64,000 nucleotides of DNA from a virus (IMGVR_UViG_3300025387_000012:64001-128000), one strand, 5' to 3'. Numbered from the stretch's first letter, positions 18,812 to 29,108 are shown. Program-made: numbers and translations. The notes: generated by a model not told the origin, from the letters alone.

Positions 18812-20443
18812 ATGAGCTATACAGTCAACTGGACAGATCCCGCTCTAAAGCCGGCGATCACTGTCGCGGACAAGTCATACGATACTACCTCTACATCGTT
18901 GACTCTCACCGGTAAGGGCCTTCAAAACTACGGCCTCTTCCAGCAAGAAAACTTCCTTGCTCTTCTTGAGAACTTCGCAGCCCCAACCGCGCCTGCGCAT
19001 CCGACTATTGGTCAGATGTGGTATGACACCACCAACAACGTTGAGTGGTTCTGGAACGGCAGCGCATGGGACAACAAGATTCTCCGCAGCTTCTCAGGAT
19101 CGACTGCCCCATCCAATCCTTTGGTTGGACAGCTCTGGTATGACACGACCAACCACGTTCTGAACGTATGGGATGGCGCAGTGCCAACCGGTGGTGGCTG
19201 GAGAAAAGCATCTCCACAGGTCGCTGCAGGTATCGCCCAATACTCTCCAACCCCAGACACTATGGTCGTTGGTCTTGCCAATAGACTTAACCGAATCATC
19301 GGTGCTCCAACTGGAAACGCAATGGTTGGTACCGCGGGCTGGGGCCAAACTGATCTCGTTCCAACGTATGACGCAACTGGGACTCTCGATTCCGCATCGG
19401 TTGCTGCTGAAGCCAATCTTCCAGCAGGCCTGACCTTCCCAAGCCACTTCGACAATAACGCATGGGCGATCTTCCTGTCCCGCCTGCGCAAAGCACTTCG
19501 TCAGACCGGTCTCTATGAGACTGCAGCTTCGACAGTTGGCTTCATCGATGATGGTACGCCAACGGGTACCGGCAACACCCTTGCCAACTACTACAACAAC
19601 TATGACTCTGGTCCAACTCCTCACCAAGGAACGGTTGCCAACGTTACTGCTGGTTGGGCAGGTGCTGGTAGCCTTCAGGTTCAGACCTACTATGACAACA
19701 CCGTAAACGCACTGACGAATCTTGAGACCTATCGCTTTACTCTTGGCGCATCTCAGACTCAGCTGTCCACGTTTGCTAACGCGGTTCGCACAAACCCAAC
19801 GCAGTCGCTGTTCATTCCTTCCGTCATTACCGCGTACACCCATACCGTCACCATGACCTTCACTGACAAGGCTCATGCTGATGCGTTCTTTAACGCTGGT
19901 GGCCAGCTTCAGTTCAACTGGTCGTTTGTTCCATCTTCTGGTTCTCCAACGAACATTGAGCTTGACTGGAAGAACTTCCTTCTGGCCTTCCACGGTATGG
20001 CGTTTGACTACAAGGGTGTCAAGGAGACTTCGGCTTATCTGTCTCCAAACCCAGTATTCACCCCAACCTACATGCCAACCATTCCAGGTGGCAGCAACTA
20101 CTATGGCTACTTCAACCTTGGTTCTACCCCAACCAAGATTTTTGAACGTGACGTTCTCTCTACCCCAGGTTCTGGTCTGTACAGCTCTGATCCTCCGGCA
20201 GATGGTGGTATCGTCATCATGGCAACCGCGCAAACGGTTGGCAGCAACTACGTGGTTGAGCTGGACATTGAGTACTATCTGCAGCATGTAACTGGTGGTA
20301 CCGGTGGCCAGAATGACACGACGTCTTCTGCTCTTATCGGCACGATGACTTCGATCGTTACCGGCATCTATGCAAACTCTTTCAACGCAACCATCGCAGC
20401 TCCAGCAGTTGCACAAAGTGGTACCTTCCTCACCGCCGCTTGA
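18812..20443 (+). CDS. tail fibre / baseplate-associated structural protein
   Basis: SLTLTGKGLQNYG...ENFLALLENFA and two GQxWYDTTN repeats, typical of jumbo-phage fibres. CATAAATA at 18722-18729. Confidence 0.75.
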   Translation: MSYTVNWTDPALKPAITVADKSYDTTSTSLTLTGKGLQNYGLFQQENFLALLENFAAPTAPAHPTIGQMWYDTTNNVEWFWNGSAWDNKILRSFSGSTAPSNPLVGQLWYDTTNHVLNVWDGAVPTGGGWRKASPQVAAGIAQYSPTPDTMVVGLANRLNRIIGAPTGNAMVGTAGWGQTDLVPTYDATGTLDSASVAAEANLPAGLTFPSHFDNNAWAIFLSRLRKALRQTGLYETAASTVGFIDDGTPTGTGNTLANYYNNYDSGPTPHQGTVANVTAGWAGAGSLQVQTYYDNTVNALTNLETYRFTLGASQTQLSTFANAVRTNPTQSLFIPSVITAYTHTVTMTFTDKAHADAFFNAGGQLQFNWSFVPSSGSPTNIELDWKNFLLAFHGMAFDYKGVKETSAYLSPNPVFTPTYMPTIPGGSNYYGYFNLGSTPTKIFERDVLSTPGSGLYSSDPPADGGIVIMATAQTVGSNYVVELDIEYYLQHVTGGTGGQNDTTSSALIGTMTSIVTGIYANSFNATIAAPAVAQSGTFLTAA

Positions 20444-20506
20444 TTGCTATCGATAGATAAATAGGAGGAGCATTCAGCGAGGGCTCCTCCGCCATAGGAT
20501 CAGATA

Positions 20507-20890
20507 ATGAAGACGAAAAACCCCGACCTTCAGGTCGCGATTGACAAGCGCCTTAGCGAGGCGCTAGCGGCAGCGAACTATCGCATCACGCTGAACACCC
20601 AAAAGAAAAACGCCTTCCTCAAGCTTCAGAAGAACCTGACGCTTTCGACGAATGGCGGCACCTTCAACGTCACCCAAGAACTTATCTCATTCGTCGCGGC
20701 CCTAATCTACGGTGGTAGAGCGGATGCGATTCTCGTTGACGTGAACGGTAACCCAATCGAAATCACCGATCTTCAGGACTTCTCTGAAAAGATAGTCGAC
20801 ACCTACTACGAGTGCATGAACGAGTATCTCGTAGAGATCAAGGGGCTGAACAAGCTTAGAACGCCGAAGGCTCTTGTAGGAGAGCAGTAA
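20507..20890 (+). CDS. hypothetical protein, first gene of glycosyltransferase cluster
   Basis: GATAAATA at 20456-20463, then an 8-bp hairpin (20464-20490), then the ORF. Confidence 0.7.
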   Translation: MKTKNPDLQVAIDKRLSEALAAANYRITLNTQKKNAFLKLQKNLTLSTNGGTFNVTQELISFVAALIYGGRADAILVDVNGNPIEITDLQDFSEKIVDTYYECMNEYLVEIKGLNKLRTPKALVGEQ

Positions 20891-21777
20891 TGTCAAGAGG
20901 CGTTGTTATCTTTGGCGTGAACAATGCCAGGGTAGACTACATTCGACTTGCAATCATGTGCGCTGGCTTCGTTAAGAAGAACATGAACGTCGAATACATC
21001 TGCCTCATCACCGACAAACACTCGCAGGAATACTACGAAGGCGGCGGTGACTCGCTTAGCAACTATTTTACCCACGTACGACTGATTCCAGAAGGGCACG
21101 AAGATCGGTTTGAAAATCGCCGTGCCTATCGAGACACCCGTTACTACCATGTCGATGCGCTGTTCAGAAATGAAACCCGCTCTATGGTGTATGACCTGAC
21201 TCCTTTTGACGAAACTCTTTTGATTGACTGCGACTTCCTCGTGAGCAACAACGTCCTTGACTGCGTTTGGGGCAACGATGAAGAGGTCATGATGAACAAG
21301 GATGCAACCAACCTCCTTGGTGAACCTCTTACCGGTCCGGAGTTCAGGCTCAACCCGTTCGGGATCAAGATGTACTGGGCGACGGTGATTTACTTCCGTA
21401 AGAGCGAAAAGGCAGCTCTTCTTTTTAACCTTGTTGAACACGTCAAGGAGAACTGGGAGTTCTACAAGATGCTGTACGAGGTGCCTGGCCATCTGTACCG
21501 CAACGACTATGCGTTCTCGATCGCGATTCACATTCTGAATGGGTTCGTAGAGAGCAACGATGTCATCGCTCCTCTTCCCGATCCTGTTATTCTGACCTCA
21601 CTAGATACCGACCAGCTCTTCAAGGTTCGTTCACCTACGGATATTTCGATCTTCGTTAATGACCCTAAGGAGACATGGAAGTTCTACGTGTCTCGTCTCA
21701 AGGGACTGAACGTCCACTGCATGAACAAGTTGTCCCTTCTCAACAACATCGACGATATCTTGGAGGCCATCGCATGA
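20890..21777 (+). CDS. GT-A-fold glycosyltransferase-like protein
   Basis: TPFDETLLIDCDF (DxD motif), YWATVIYFRKS, RNDYAFSIAIHIL. Confidence 0.65.
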   Translation: MSRGVVIFGVNNARVDYIRLAIMCAGFVKKNMNVEYICLITDKHSQEYYEGGGDSLSNYFTHVRLIPEGHEDRFENRRAYRDTRYYHVDALFRNETRSMVYDLTPFDETLLIDCDFLVSNNVLDCVWGNDEEVMMNKDATNLLGEPLTGPEFRLNPFGIKMYWATVIYFRKSEKAALLFNLVEHVKENWEFYKMLYEVPGHLYRNDYAFSIAIHILNGFVESNDVIAPLPDPVILTSLDTDQLFKVRSPTDISIFVNDPKETWKFYVSRLKGLNVHCMNKLSLLNNIDDILEAIA

Positions 21778-22637
21778 GCAGAGGGTTCTTCACGATCGCA
21801 CAAGGTGAAGAGTACCAGCGCCTGGCCTACGCGCTTGCTCTGTCTTTGAAGATTTCCCAGCCAGATGAGCTGTCTAAGCTTAGCATTGGTGTTACCAAGG
21901 AAGAGTTTAAGAACGTTAATCCTAAGTACCGCGAGGTCTTTGATAACGTCGTAAAGATTCCATGGAAGGACAACGCCAAGAACTCTCAGTGGAAGCTTGA
22001 GAACGAATGGAAGGCGATCCACATGACGCCTTACGATGAGACGATCAAGCTAGACGCTGACATGCTCTTTCCTTCTGACATCAGCTCGTGGTGGGACATC
22101 CTTGATAAGAGCGAAGGTGTCTTTGCTACCACTCCACGCACCTATCGCGGTGAGATCATTACGTCCAACTTTTACCGCAAGGTCTTTACCGAGAGTGAAC
22201 TTCCGAACATCTACACGGCGATGTTCTACTTCAAGAAGTCAGATCCAAACTACGAGCTGTTCAAGCTTGCCGAAGACATCTTCAACAACTGGGAGCGCTA
22301 CTTCTACGAGTTCCTTTTGCCAGAGCATCGTCCACGGTATGTCTCGACTGACGTCGTATTCGCTATCGCTGCAAAGATCATGGACTATGAGTCACTAAAC
22401 CAGTTCCCAAAGTCTGATGTTCCAACCTTCGTTCACATGAAGAGTCAACTACAGAACTGGCCGAATGACCAATACATGATCGAAGACTGGACCAAGATGA
22501 TCAGAAGCTACTATGGTCGTGACTGCTCTCTGATGATTGGTAACTACAAGCAGGACCTTCCTCTTCACTACCACATCAAGTTATTCGTCACGGACAAGAT
22601 GATCATCAATATGGAACGGAGATTGGGCATTGTCTGA
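21774..22637 (+). CDS. GT-A-fold glycosyltransferase-like protein, paralog of upstream gene
   Basis: ATGA-coupled start at 21774 (MSRGFF, cf. MSRGVV). TPYDETIKLDADML, YTAMFYFKKS, STDVVFAIAAKIM. Confidence 0.65.
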   Translation: MSRGFFTIAQGEEYQRLAYALALSLKISQPDELSKLSIGVTKEEFKNVNPKYREVFDNVVKIPWKDNAKNSQWKLENEWKAIHMTPYDETIKLDADMLFPSDISSWWDILDKSEGVFATTPRTYRGEIITSNFYRKVFTESELPNIYTAMFYFKKSDPNYELFKLAEDIFNNWERYFYEFLLPEHRPRYVSTDVVFAIAAKIMDYESLNQFPKSDVPTFVHMKSQLQNWPNDQYMIEDWTKMIRSYYGRDCSLMIGNYKQDLPLHYHIKLFVTDKMIINMERRLGIV

Positions 22638-23301
22638 GACATTTCAAAGCATCCTTGCTGCTGTCGGTAATATCCCAGCAATGACGATCACCGTTCCAAA
22701 GCAAGTGAACCCGCAGTTCTACGCGCACATCAACGTCAAGACCCAGCAGATCGTGGGCATCTCTCCAGTTGCTTTGTCTGAAGAGGCGAACGATGAAGTC
22801 ATCAGCATCAAGATTGAATATCACGTCGCTGAAAAGTTTCTAAGTGGGGTTGAGAACATCACTAGATGGATCGCTCGCTATCGTAATGACACATGCATCA
22901 TCGTCCGTGAAGAAGACTTCCTTCGTGAGAAGCTTAAGCGAATCGATACGCTCTCGATCTTTGAGATCGTGGATGCAGACACCCCATATCCAGATGTAAA
23001 GATCGAAGTCGGTGCTGAAGAAGATGTCGTGCTGATCTACTACAATGGTGAGACCATCAAGAACTGGCAGAGACCAGCCAAGCTGTACTTTACCGCAGAG
23101 AACAACCCGTCCTACCTGAAGTGCGCTTTTTCTCTTGATGTAAATATTGTTGATGAAATCCAACGCGTCAACAATCTTCCAGAGTGGCCAAACCCGATCG
23201 CTCTTCCCTTGCCCAACGCAGACGATCTTTCAGTCTACACCATCAAATCCAATCTTAAGCTGGCCATAATCAGACATGAAGCGGTCCATAACCGAGTTTG
23301 A
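22630..23301 (+). CDS. hypothetical protein
   Basis: 223 aa, overlaps both neighbours within the cluster. Confidence 0.7.
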   Translation: MSETFQSILAAVGNIPAMTITVPKQVNPQFYAHINVKTQQIVGISPVALSEEANDEVISIKIEYHVAEKFLSGVENITRWIARYRNDTCIIVREEDFLREKLKRIDTLSIFEIVDADTPYPDVKIEVGAEEDVVLIYYNGETIKNWQRPAKLYFTAENNPSYLKCAFSLDVNIVDEIQRVNNLPEWPNPIALPLPNADDLSVYTIKSNLKLAIIRHEAVHNRV

Positions 23302-24244
23302 TCTATTCTACCTAAGCTATGACGAGCCGCAGAAGGAAGAGTTCTGGGCTAAGCTTCAAGACCTTGCCCCATGGGCACAACGAGTTGATGGTGTCAAGGG
23401 CTTCGATAGCGCCCACAAGGCCTGTGCCAATCTGTCGGAAACAGATCGCTTCATCACTGTAGACGGTGACAACATCGTTTACCCAGAGTTCTTTGATCTC
23501 GAGCTTGACATCCCTGATCGCCTAGCAGATGCCACGCTTAGCTGGGCAGGTCGCAACACAGTCAACGGTCTTTGCTACGGCAACGGTGGCCTGAAGCTTT
23601 GGACGAAAGAGTTCGTCCTTAACATGCGCACCCACGAGAACGCAACTCGCGATGAAGAGAAGGTTGACTTCTGCTGGGACGACAAGTACGTCCAGCTAAA
23701 CGGCGTCTACTCCGATACCTGCCCTAACGGCTCACCATTTCAGGCATTCAGAGCTGGCTTCCGCGAAGGTGTCAAGATGACGCTTGATCGTGGTGCTAAG
23801 GCCGGTGATGGTGCGATCTCAAAGTACCTACACGACAAGAACTACCGTCGCCTTCTCATCTGGGCATCTGTCGGTGCTGATGCCGAAAACGGTCTGTGGT
23901 CAATCTATGGGACCCGCCTTGGCATCTACATGACCAACGTCAAGGCAGACTTTGACATCTCTCAAATCTCCGACTACGACTGGTTCAAGACATATTTCGC
24001 TGAAGAAATCGCTCCTCGCTTTACCGGTGATGGCAGCGAAAAGTGTCGCCGAACCGGTCTACGTTGGGACAAGGCTCTTGTGCAAGCCGAATCTACCAAG
24101 CTACTCACGCCGCTCTACAAGGACCTAGGGATGACCCTCGCTGATATGGGCGAGCAACAGTCAGAGTTCTTCAAGTCCGTGTATGAGCCACCTCGCCGTA
24201 CGGCGAACCCAATCGTAACTGAAATGGAAGCAGACAGACTATGA
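23276..24244 (+). CDS. glycosyltransferase-like (nucleotide-diphospho-sugar transferase fold) protein
   Basis: FYLSYDEP...RVDGVKGFDSAH...FITVDGDN and PFQAFRAGFREGVK. Paralogous to the N-half of 34456-35808. Confidence 0.55.
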   Translation: MKRSITEFDLFYLSYDEPQKEEFWAKLQDLAPWAQRVDGVKGFDSAHKACANLSETDRFITVDGDNIVYPEFFDLELDIPDRLADATLSWAGRNTVNGLCYGNGGLKLWTKEFVLNMRTHENATRDEEKVDFCWDDKYVQLNGVYSDTCPNGSPFQAFRAGFREGVKMTLDRGAKAGDGAISKYLHDKNYRRLLIWASVGADAENGLWSIYGTRLGIYMTNVKADFDISQISDYDWFKTYFAEEIAPRFTGDGSEKCRRTGLRWDKALVQAESTKLLTPLYKDLGMTLADMGEQQSEFFKSVYEPPRRTANPIVTEMEADRL

Positions 24245-25740
24245 ACGCAGATGCAAACAAGCAGCACCTCGATCTTCTGAAGACTCGAGTTGAAAAGCTG
24301 AACGCGGTTAGCCCCACGTTCTGTCTGGCCAAGTGGCTTCAGTCCACTACGACCCTGTACAACGGGTACACGCATTCGTGCCACCACCCAACCGCGCACA
24401 AGATCAACATTGATGAGATCAAGCACAACCATCGCGGACTCCACAACACGCCTATCAAGATCGCTGCCCGCAAGGACATGATGAATGGTGTGCAGACAAA
24501 GGAGTGCGACTACTGCTGGAACATCGAGAACCTTGGCAAGGATCACTTCTCAGATCGCCACTACAAGTCTGCATGGGGACTTGGCATGTGGGAAAACTTT
24601 GATGCTGTGATTGAGTCCGGTCTTGGTCCTACGATCGCTCCTGCGTATCTCGAAGTTGCGTTTGAAAACATCTGCAACTTCAAGTGCACCTACTGCTCGC
24701 CCGACGTCAGCTCTCGCTGGATGGAAGAAATCCAGACCCATGGTGGCTACAAGATGCCTAACGGTGAAACGCACCATGATCTTGAATGGATGAAGTCTGT
24801 CGGCAAGTTCCCGATTCACCACAAGGAACAGAACCCATACATCGATGCTTTCTGGGAATGGTGGCCAGAGCTTTATCAGTCGCTTGACACATTCCGCATT
24901 ACTGGTGGCGAGCCGCTTTTGACTGAGAACACCTGGAAGATTCTCGACTACATCATTGCCAACCCACGCCCAGACTTCAAGCTTGGCATCAACACGAACA
25001 TGGGCATTCCACGTAAGCTGGTCGAGAAGCTGTGCAGCAAGATCAACCAGCTCCATGGCAAGATTCGTGAGATCGTTATCTACACGTCAACTGAATCCGT
25101 TGGTGAGCAGGCAGAGTATGCCCGTTATGGAATGGACTGGGAGCTGTTCACGAGCAACATCGACTACTTCCTGCTGAACACTCCTCCTCTCGTTCGCATT
25201 CAGTTCATGACGACCGTCAACATCCTTTCGGCTCCTAAGTTTGATTGGTTCCTTGACTACATCGCTGAGCTTCGTCTCGCTTACGGTGGTCGTCCTAACC
25301 GCCGCCGCGTCGGCTTCAACATTGCCTACCTTCGTTGGCCACGCCACATGTCCATCACCCTTCTAGACAAGCAGGGCAAGATCGACTTCAAGTACAAAAT
25401 GCTTGGTTCAATCGAGAAGCACCACACGAACAGACAGCCAGACGACAACTCTGCCCTTCTTCTGGAAGAGGTTGACCAGATCAATCGTCTCGTCAACTTC
25501 ATGAACTCGGTAGAGCAGGATCCAGAACAGCTGGACGCGCTCGTTGGGTTCTTCGATGAGATGGACCGTCGCCGCGACACCCAGTTCACCGCGGTATTCC
25601 CAGAGCTTGTCCCTGTCTATCTGCAAGGACATGAGATTCGTGCCGCTCGTCTAGCTCGTGAAGCTGCTGGCATCCCTAAAGAACGTCCAGCGATGCACAC
25701 GCTGATCAACAACATCAAGCCCAAGGAAGCAGACGAATGA
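24241..25740 (+). CDS. radical SAM enzyme with N-terminal twitch/SPASM-like Cys cluster
   Basis: CNFKCTYC (CX3CX2C), ITGGEPLL, and additional FCLAKW, SCHH, ECDYCW. Confidence 0.9.
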   Translation: MNADANKQHLDLLKTRVEKLNAVSPTFCLAKWLQSTTTLYNGYTHSCHHPTAHKINIDEIKHNHRGLHNTPIKIAARKDMMNGVQTKECDYCWNIENLGKDHFSDRHYKSAWGLGMWENFDAVIESGLGPTIAPAYLEVAFENICNFKCTYCSPDVSSRWMEEIQTHGGYKMPNGETHHDLEWMKSVGKFPIHHKEQNPYIDAFWEWWPELYQSLDTFRITGGEPLLTENTWKILDYIIANPRPDFKLGINTNMGIPRKLVEKLCSKINQLHGKIREIVIYTSTESVGEQAEYARYGMDWELFTSNIDYFLLNTPPLVRIQFMTTVNILSAPKFDWFLDYIAELRLAYGGRPNRRRVGFNIAYLRWPRHMSITLLDKQGKIDFKYKMLGSIEKHHTNRQPDDNSALLLEEVDQINRLVNFMNSVEQDPEQLDALVGFFDEMDRRRDTQFTAVFPELVPVYLQGHEIRAARLAREAAGIPKERPAMHTLINNIKPKEADE

Positions 25741-27221
25741 TCGTATGGGGCGTCAACGCAAACAACCATGACGCATCCATCAGCGTCGTCGACGCCGAGT
25801 CAAAGGAAATCCTGTTCGCCGGTCATGCCGAGCGGTATAGCAGGATCAAGAACGACTGTGACCTGAACACGGGCCTCATTAAGGACGCTCTCCTTTGGGG
25901 CTATCCAGAAAAGGTCGCGTGGTTTGAAAATCCATGGGGTCGCAAGCTTCGCTACCTCAAGAGCGGACAGTACGATCTTCTAACCGAAAAGTCTCCTCGC
26001 GCCTACATGCGTCAGTACGGCATCAACGCTCCGATGTCCTACTCAAATCACCACGCGTCTCATGCTGCAGGCGGCTACTACACGAGCGGCTTCTCTGATG
26101 CGGCGATCGTTGTCATCGATGCGATTGGTGAAACGACCACGGCTTCTATTTGGGAAGGTCGAGGAGATCAGCTCATTAGAAAGTGGGAGCTGAAGTACCC
26201 ACAATCTGTCGGCCTGTTCTACAGCGCGATTACCGATCTCGTGGGGCTGAAGCCAAATGAAGAGGAGTACATCCTTATGGGAATGGCAGCGTATGGCAAC
26301 TCCGAGCAGGCAGCTGACATCGCGAAGTACATCTTCAGCACCTACCACAGAGCGCATACTGGAATCTGGCAGAGCTACAACTTCCACCAGGGAGTTCGAC
26401 ACGACGATGTTCTTAACGCGTATACTTCTTCAGATGAAGGCAAGTATACGCTAGCACTCGCAGCTCAACGCGTCACTGAGTTCTTTATTCGTCAAATAAT
26501 GATGAAGGCTGCATCGCTTGTAAACTCTAACAACCTAGTCTACTCAGGTGGTGTTGCTCTGAACTGTGTTGCGAACTCTCATGTGAAGCACCAGTTCAAG
26601 AACGTCTGGATCATGCCAAATCCAGGTGATGCGGGTAACTCCCTTGGCGCCGCGGCGAAGTTTGTTGGCTCGCAGCTACAGTGGGAAGGTCCCTTCCTTG
26701 GTCACAACATCATCCGCGAGTTCAACACCGATCAGATCGTTGAGCACCTTTCAACGGTCGGGCTTTGCGGCGTTGCCCATGGACGCGCTGAGTTTGGACC
26801 TCGTGCTCTCGGCAATCGATCCCTGCTGGCCGACCCACGCAGACCAGACATGAAGGACCGTGTCAACCAGATTAAGCATCGCCAGATGTTCCGTCCTTTC
26901 GCTCCGGCTGTTCTCGAAGAGCACGCGTCAAAGTGCTTCGTGTTCCCAATGGGAACCGATTCAGCACCTTACATGCAGTACGTGGTGGACGTCATCTCTC
27001 CGAAGAAGTACCCCGCAATCTCGCACTTCGACAACACTGCTCGGGTCCAGACTGTTGGGGCTGAGGCTCCCATCCTCCGTGAAATCCTGGAGAAGTGGCA
27101 CGCCAAGACCGGATGTCCTATGCTGCTGAACACGTCGCTCAACATCAAGGGTGAGCCTCTAGTCAACACGGTCGAGGATGCCATTCGCTGGGAAAAGAAA
27201 TACGACGTCCGCGTTTTCTGA
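25737..27221 (+). CDS. carbamoyltransferase (NodU/CmcH/TobZ family)
   Basis: NHDASI, HHASHAAGGYYTSGF, IDAIGE, EEYILMGMAAYG, SGGVALNCVAN, PGDAGNSLG, GRAEFGPRALGNRS, RPFAP, LLNTSLN. Confidence 0.93.
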   Translation: MIVWGVNANNHDASISVVDAESKEILFAGHAERYSRIKNDCDLNTGLIKDALLWGYPEKVAWFENPWGRKLRYLKSGQYDLLTEKSPRAYMRQYGINAPMSYSNHHASHAAGGYYTSGFSDAAIVVIDAIGETTTASIWEGRGDQLIRKWELKYPQSVGLFYSAITDLVGLKPNEEEYILMGMAAYGNSEQAADIAKYIFSTYHRAHTGIWQSYNFHQGVRHDDVLNAYTSSDEGKYTLALAAQRVTEFFIRQIMMKAASLVNSNNLVYSGGVALNCVANSHVKHQFKNVWIMPNPGDAGNSLGAAAKFVGSQLQWEGPFLGHNIIREFNTDQIVEHLSTVGLCGVAHGRAEFGPRALGNRSLLADPRRPDMKDRVNQIKHRQMFRPFAPAVLEEHASKCFVFPMGTDSAPYMQYVVDVISPKKYPAISHFDNTARVQTVGAEAPILREILEKWHAKTGCPMLLNTSLNIKGEPLVNTVEDAIRWEKKYDVRVF

Positions 27222-27255
27222 GTTTACTTCTGCCGCAGAAGTGATAGGATGGTCC

Positions 27256-27570
27256 ATGTCGTACAAGATGTTCATAGACGATGAAAGGTTCCCGGCTACC
27301 GATGGATGGGTGATCGTTCGCTCCTCAGCTGAAGCCATCGCGCTTATCGAACGAGACGGATTCCCAGAGTTCATCAGCTTCGACCATGATCTGGGAGGAG
27401 ATGACACGTCGATGCGGCTGATCAAATACATGATCAACGCGGTGATGGACGATGAGTCGCTTCCCTTCCCACGCAAATATGACGTTCACAGTCAGAATCC
27501 AGTGGGGGCAGCAAACATACGAGGCCTCATGGATTGGTTTATCGAGCACCTCGGCAAGGAGGAAACATGA
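27256..27570 (+). CDS. cyclic-phosphate-processing receiver-like domain protein
   Basis: MFIDDERFP...VRSSAEAI...PEFISFDHDLG...VHSQNPVG matches this standalone receiver-fold family, which is associated with RNA repair genes. Confidence 0.75.
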   Translation: MSYKMFIDDERFPATDGWVIVRSSAEAIALIERDGFPEFISFDHDLGGDDTSMRLIKYMINAVMDDESLPFPRKYDVHSQNPVGAANIRGLMDWFIEHLGKEET

Positions 27571-27800
27571 AGCTGATTACCATTGGTCAACGGGTCGTAT
27601 TCAACCCGAAAGTTTTCAAAGCCCCATACGCTCCTTATTATGACGCGTATAAGGACCATGAGTTCGAGGTCGTCGCACTTCACTATCGCGACACCCACAT
27701 CGAACTGAAATGCGTCGATGATCCCGCCATTCTCATCAAGGGGTACGTCCATCCTGACGAGCTAAAAAATCTGGCGAGCGGTACTTCCCTGTTTACATAG
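27567..27800 (+). CDS. small hypothetical protein
   Basis: SD AAGGAGG, ATGA-coupled start at 27567. Confidence 0.7.
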   Translation: MKLITIGQRVVFNPKVFKAPYAPYYDAYKDHEFEVVALHYRDTHIELKCVDDPAILIKGYVHPDELKNLASGTSLFT

Positions 27801-27820
27801 CACCAGGTTCAGGGTATATT
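27792..27820 (+). promoter_or_regulatory. sigma70-like promoter upstream of the RNA ligase N-fragment operon
   Basis: TTTACA-N17-TATATT. Confidence 0.7.
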
Positions 27821-27846
27821 GTCTCATCAATGTCGATGAGGCTAAG

Positions 27847-28104
27847 ATGGCAACGAACAACGGTGGCGGTGAGTTTAAGTCGGTCAATCGCGGGCTTGAA
27901 GCACGCATGGCCTTCTACGATAATCTGCCTGACGCGTATCGTAAGATACTGCAGGAAGCACCGTACAACGTTCAGATCCGTCCTGATGTTGGGCTGCCGC
28001 GGCTTGCCCTACTGAAAGAGCAGATCGAAAAAGCCAAGCGGGAAAGCATTCTGCGGACCTACGGCCCCAACCACCCGAACCTGGAGAACTGCTGTGTCCG
28101 ATAA
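27847..28104 (+). CDS. hypothetical protein
   Basis: 85 aa, first gene after promoter 27792. Confidence 0.65.
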   Translation: MATNNGGGEFKSVNRGLEARMAFYDNLPDAYRKILQEAPYNVQIRPDVGLPRLALLKEQIEKAKRESILRTYGPNHPNLENCCVR

Positions 28105-28513
28105 TATGAACGCCTCCACGATCCCGGCCAAAATCCGGGTCGTGAACTATTGCGCCGAGCTTGAAATCAAGCGGCAAGAGGATTACATCGCGAAGAAGGT
28201 TCGAAAGTGCGCTGAGGACCAGATCAAGTTCCGCGAGGAGCAGAACCAAAAGTTCTTCGTGAAGCTGTTCCGAAAGCAGAAGCCGGTTCCGACGGTTGAT
28301 CAGCGGGTTGAAGAACTTATCAAAGAGTTCGAGGACAACACTCTTCACTGGGCCTCAAGCGCATACGGCGCTTTGAGCCGTCGGGAGTGCCGGTGGTATG
28401 AGCGTCTTCAGCAGCTCGCAAATCTGCCGGTTGTCGGCGACAATAACACGATGCAGCTTTCTCTGGAAGATGCACACCTCATCGAATACAACGAAAACGC
28501 ACTGAAAGTTTAA
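28094..28513 (+). CDS. hypothetical protein
   Basis: 139 aa in operon. Confidence 0.65.
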   Translation: MSDNMNASTIPAKIRVVNYCAELEIKRQEDYIAKKVRKCAEDQIKFREEQNQKFFVKLFRKQKPVPTVDQRVEELIKEFEDNTLHWASSAYGALSRRECRWYERLQQLANLPVVGDNNTMQLSLEDAHLIEYNENALKV

Positions 28514-28514
28514 C

Positions 28515-29108
28515 ATGCTCGACATCAAACACATCGACGAGTTCCGCTCGCGCGTAGCCCACAAGGAGGAGATGCGCGAGATGGACATTGGCGAGGGATG
28601 CACGTCCTTCTGCTACATGATCGCTGCTGAGGGAACCTTCGATGACGTTTGGTCTCGAGAGTGCCGCGGGATCGTGTTCGACAACGAGACCGGTTCGGTT
28701 GTGGGCCGCCCCCTCCACAAGTTCTTCAACGTGAACGAGCGCGAGAGCACGCGAGTTGAAAACCTGGATTGGTCGAAGGTCACGCGCGTCATGGACAAGC
28801 GCGATGGCTGTTGTGACGCGGATACCGTGTTGAACACCGCGGACGGACCAATGTCTATCAAGGAGGCGTGTGACTCCAAATATTCAGGATTAGTCCTGGG
28901 ATGGAATCATGTCTCAAATGAAGTTCAATGGACCCCTATCCTGGATCACAAGGTCCAACCGAACAACGATGATTGGTATGAAATTGAGATGGAGAATAGG
29001 AAGAAGATCAAACTGACGGGAAACCACCTGGTGTGGTGTATCAACCGGGCAGAATATGTTCGAGTTGATCAACTTACTACAGAGGATGAAGTTCAACAAC
29101 TGTACTGA
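28515..29108 (+). CDS. rnlA: T4 Rnl1-type RNA ligase N-extein (98 aa) fused to split-intein N-fragment (99 aa)
   Basis: RECRGIVFD...RPLHKFFNVNE and motif I MDKRDG, followed at once by intein block A CCDADTVL and block B LTGNHLVW, then a stop. Confidence 0.9.
   Translation: MLDIKHIDEFRSRVAHKEEMREMDIGEGCTSFCYMIAAEGTFDDVWSRECRGIVFDNETGSVVGRPLHKFFNVNERESTRVENLDWSKVTRVMDKRDGCCDADTVLNTADGPMSIKEACDSKYSGLVLGWNHVSNEVQWTPILDHKVQPNNDDWYEIEMENRKKIKLTGNHLVWCINRAEYVRVDQLTTEDEVQQLY
28809..29105 (+). mobile_element. split intein N-fragment (IntN) of RNA ligase
   Basis: Starts with Cys1 directly after KRDG, has the TxxH motif, 99 aa, no terminal HN. Confidence 0.9.

Noticed and set aside
19094-20416. 440-aa antisense ORF, and similar long ones at 30166-31131, 34516-35130, 37554-38402 and 9630-10250
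   Set aside because: They lie exactly opposite well-supported + strand genes. Sense codon bias (few TTA/CTA/TCA) explains the stop-free shadows, and they have no motifs or SD.
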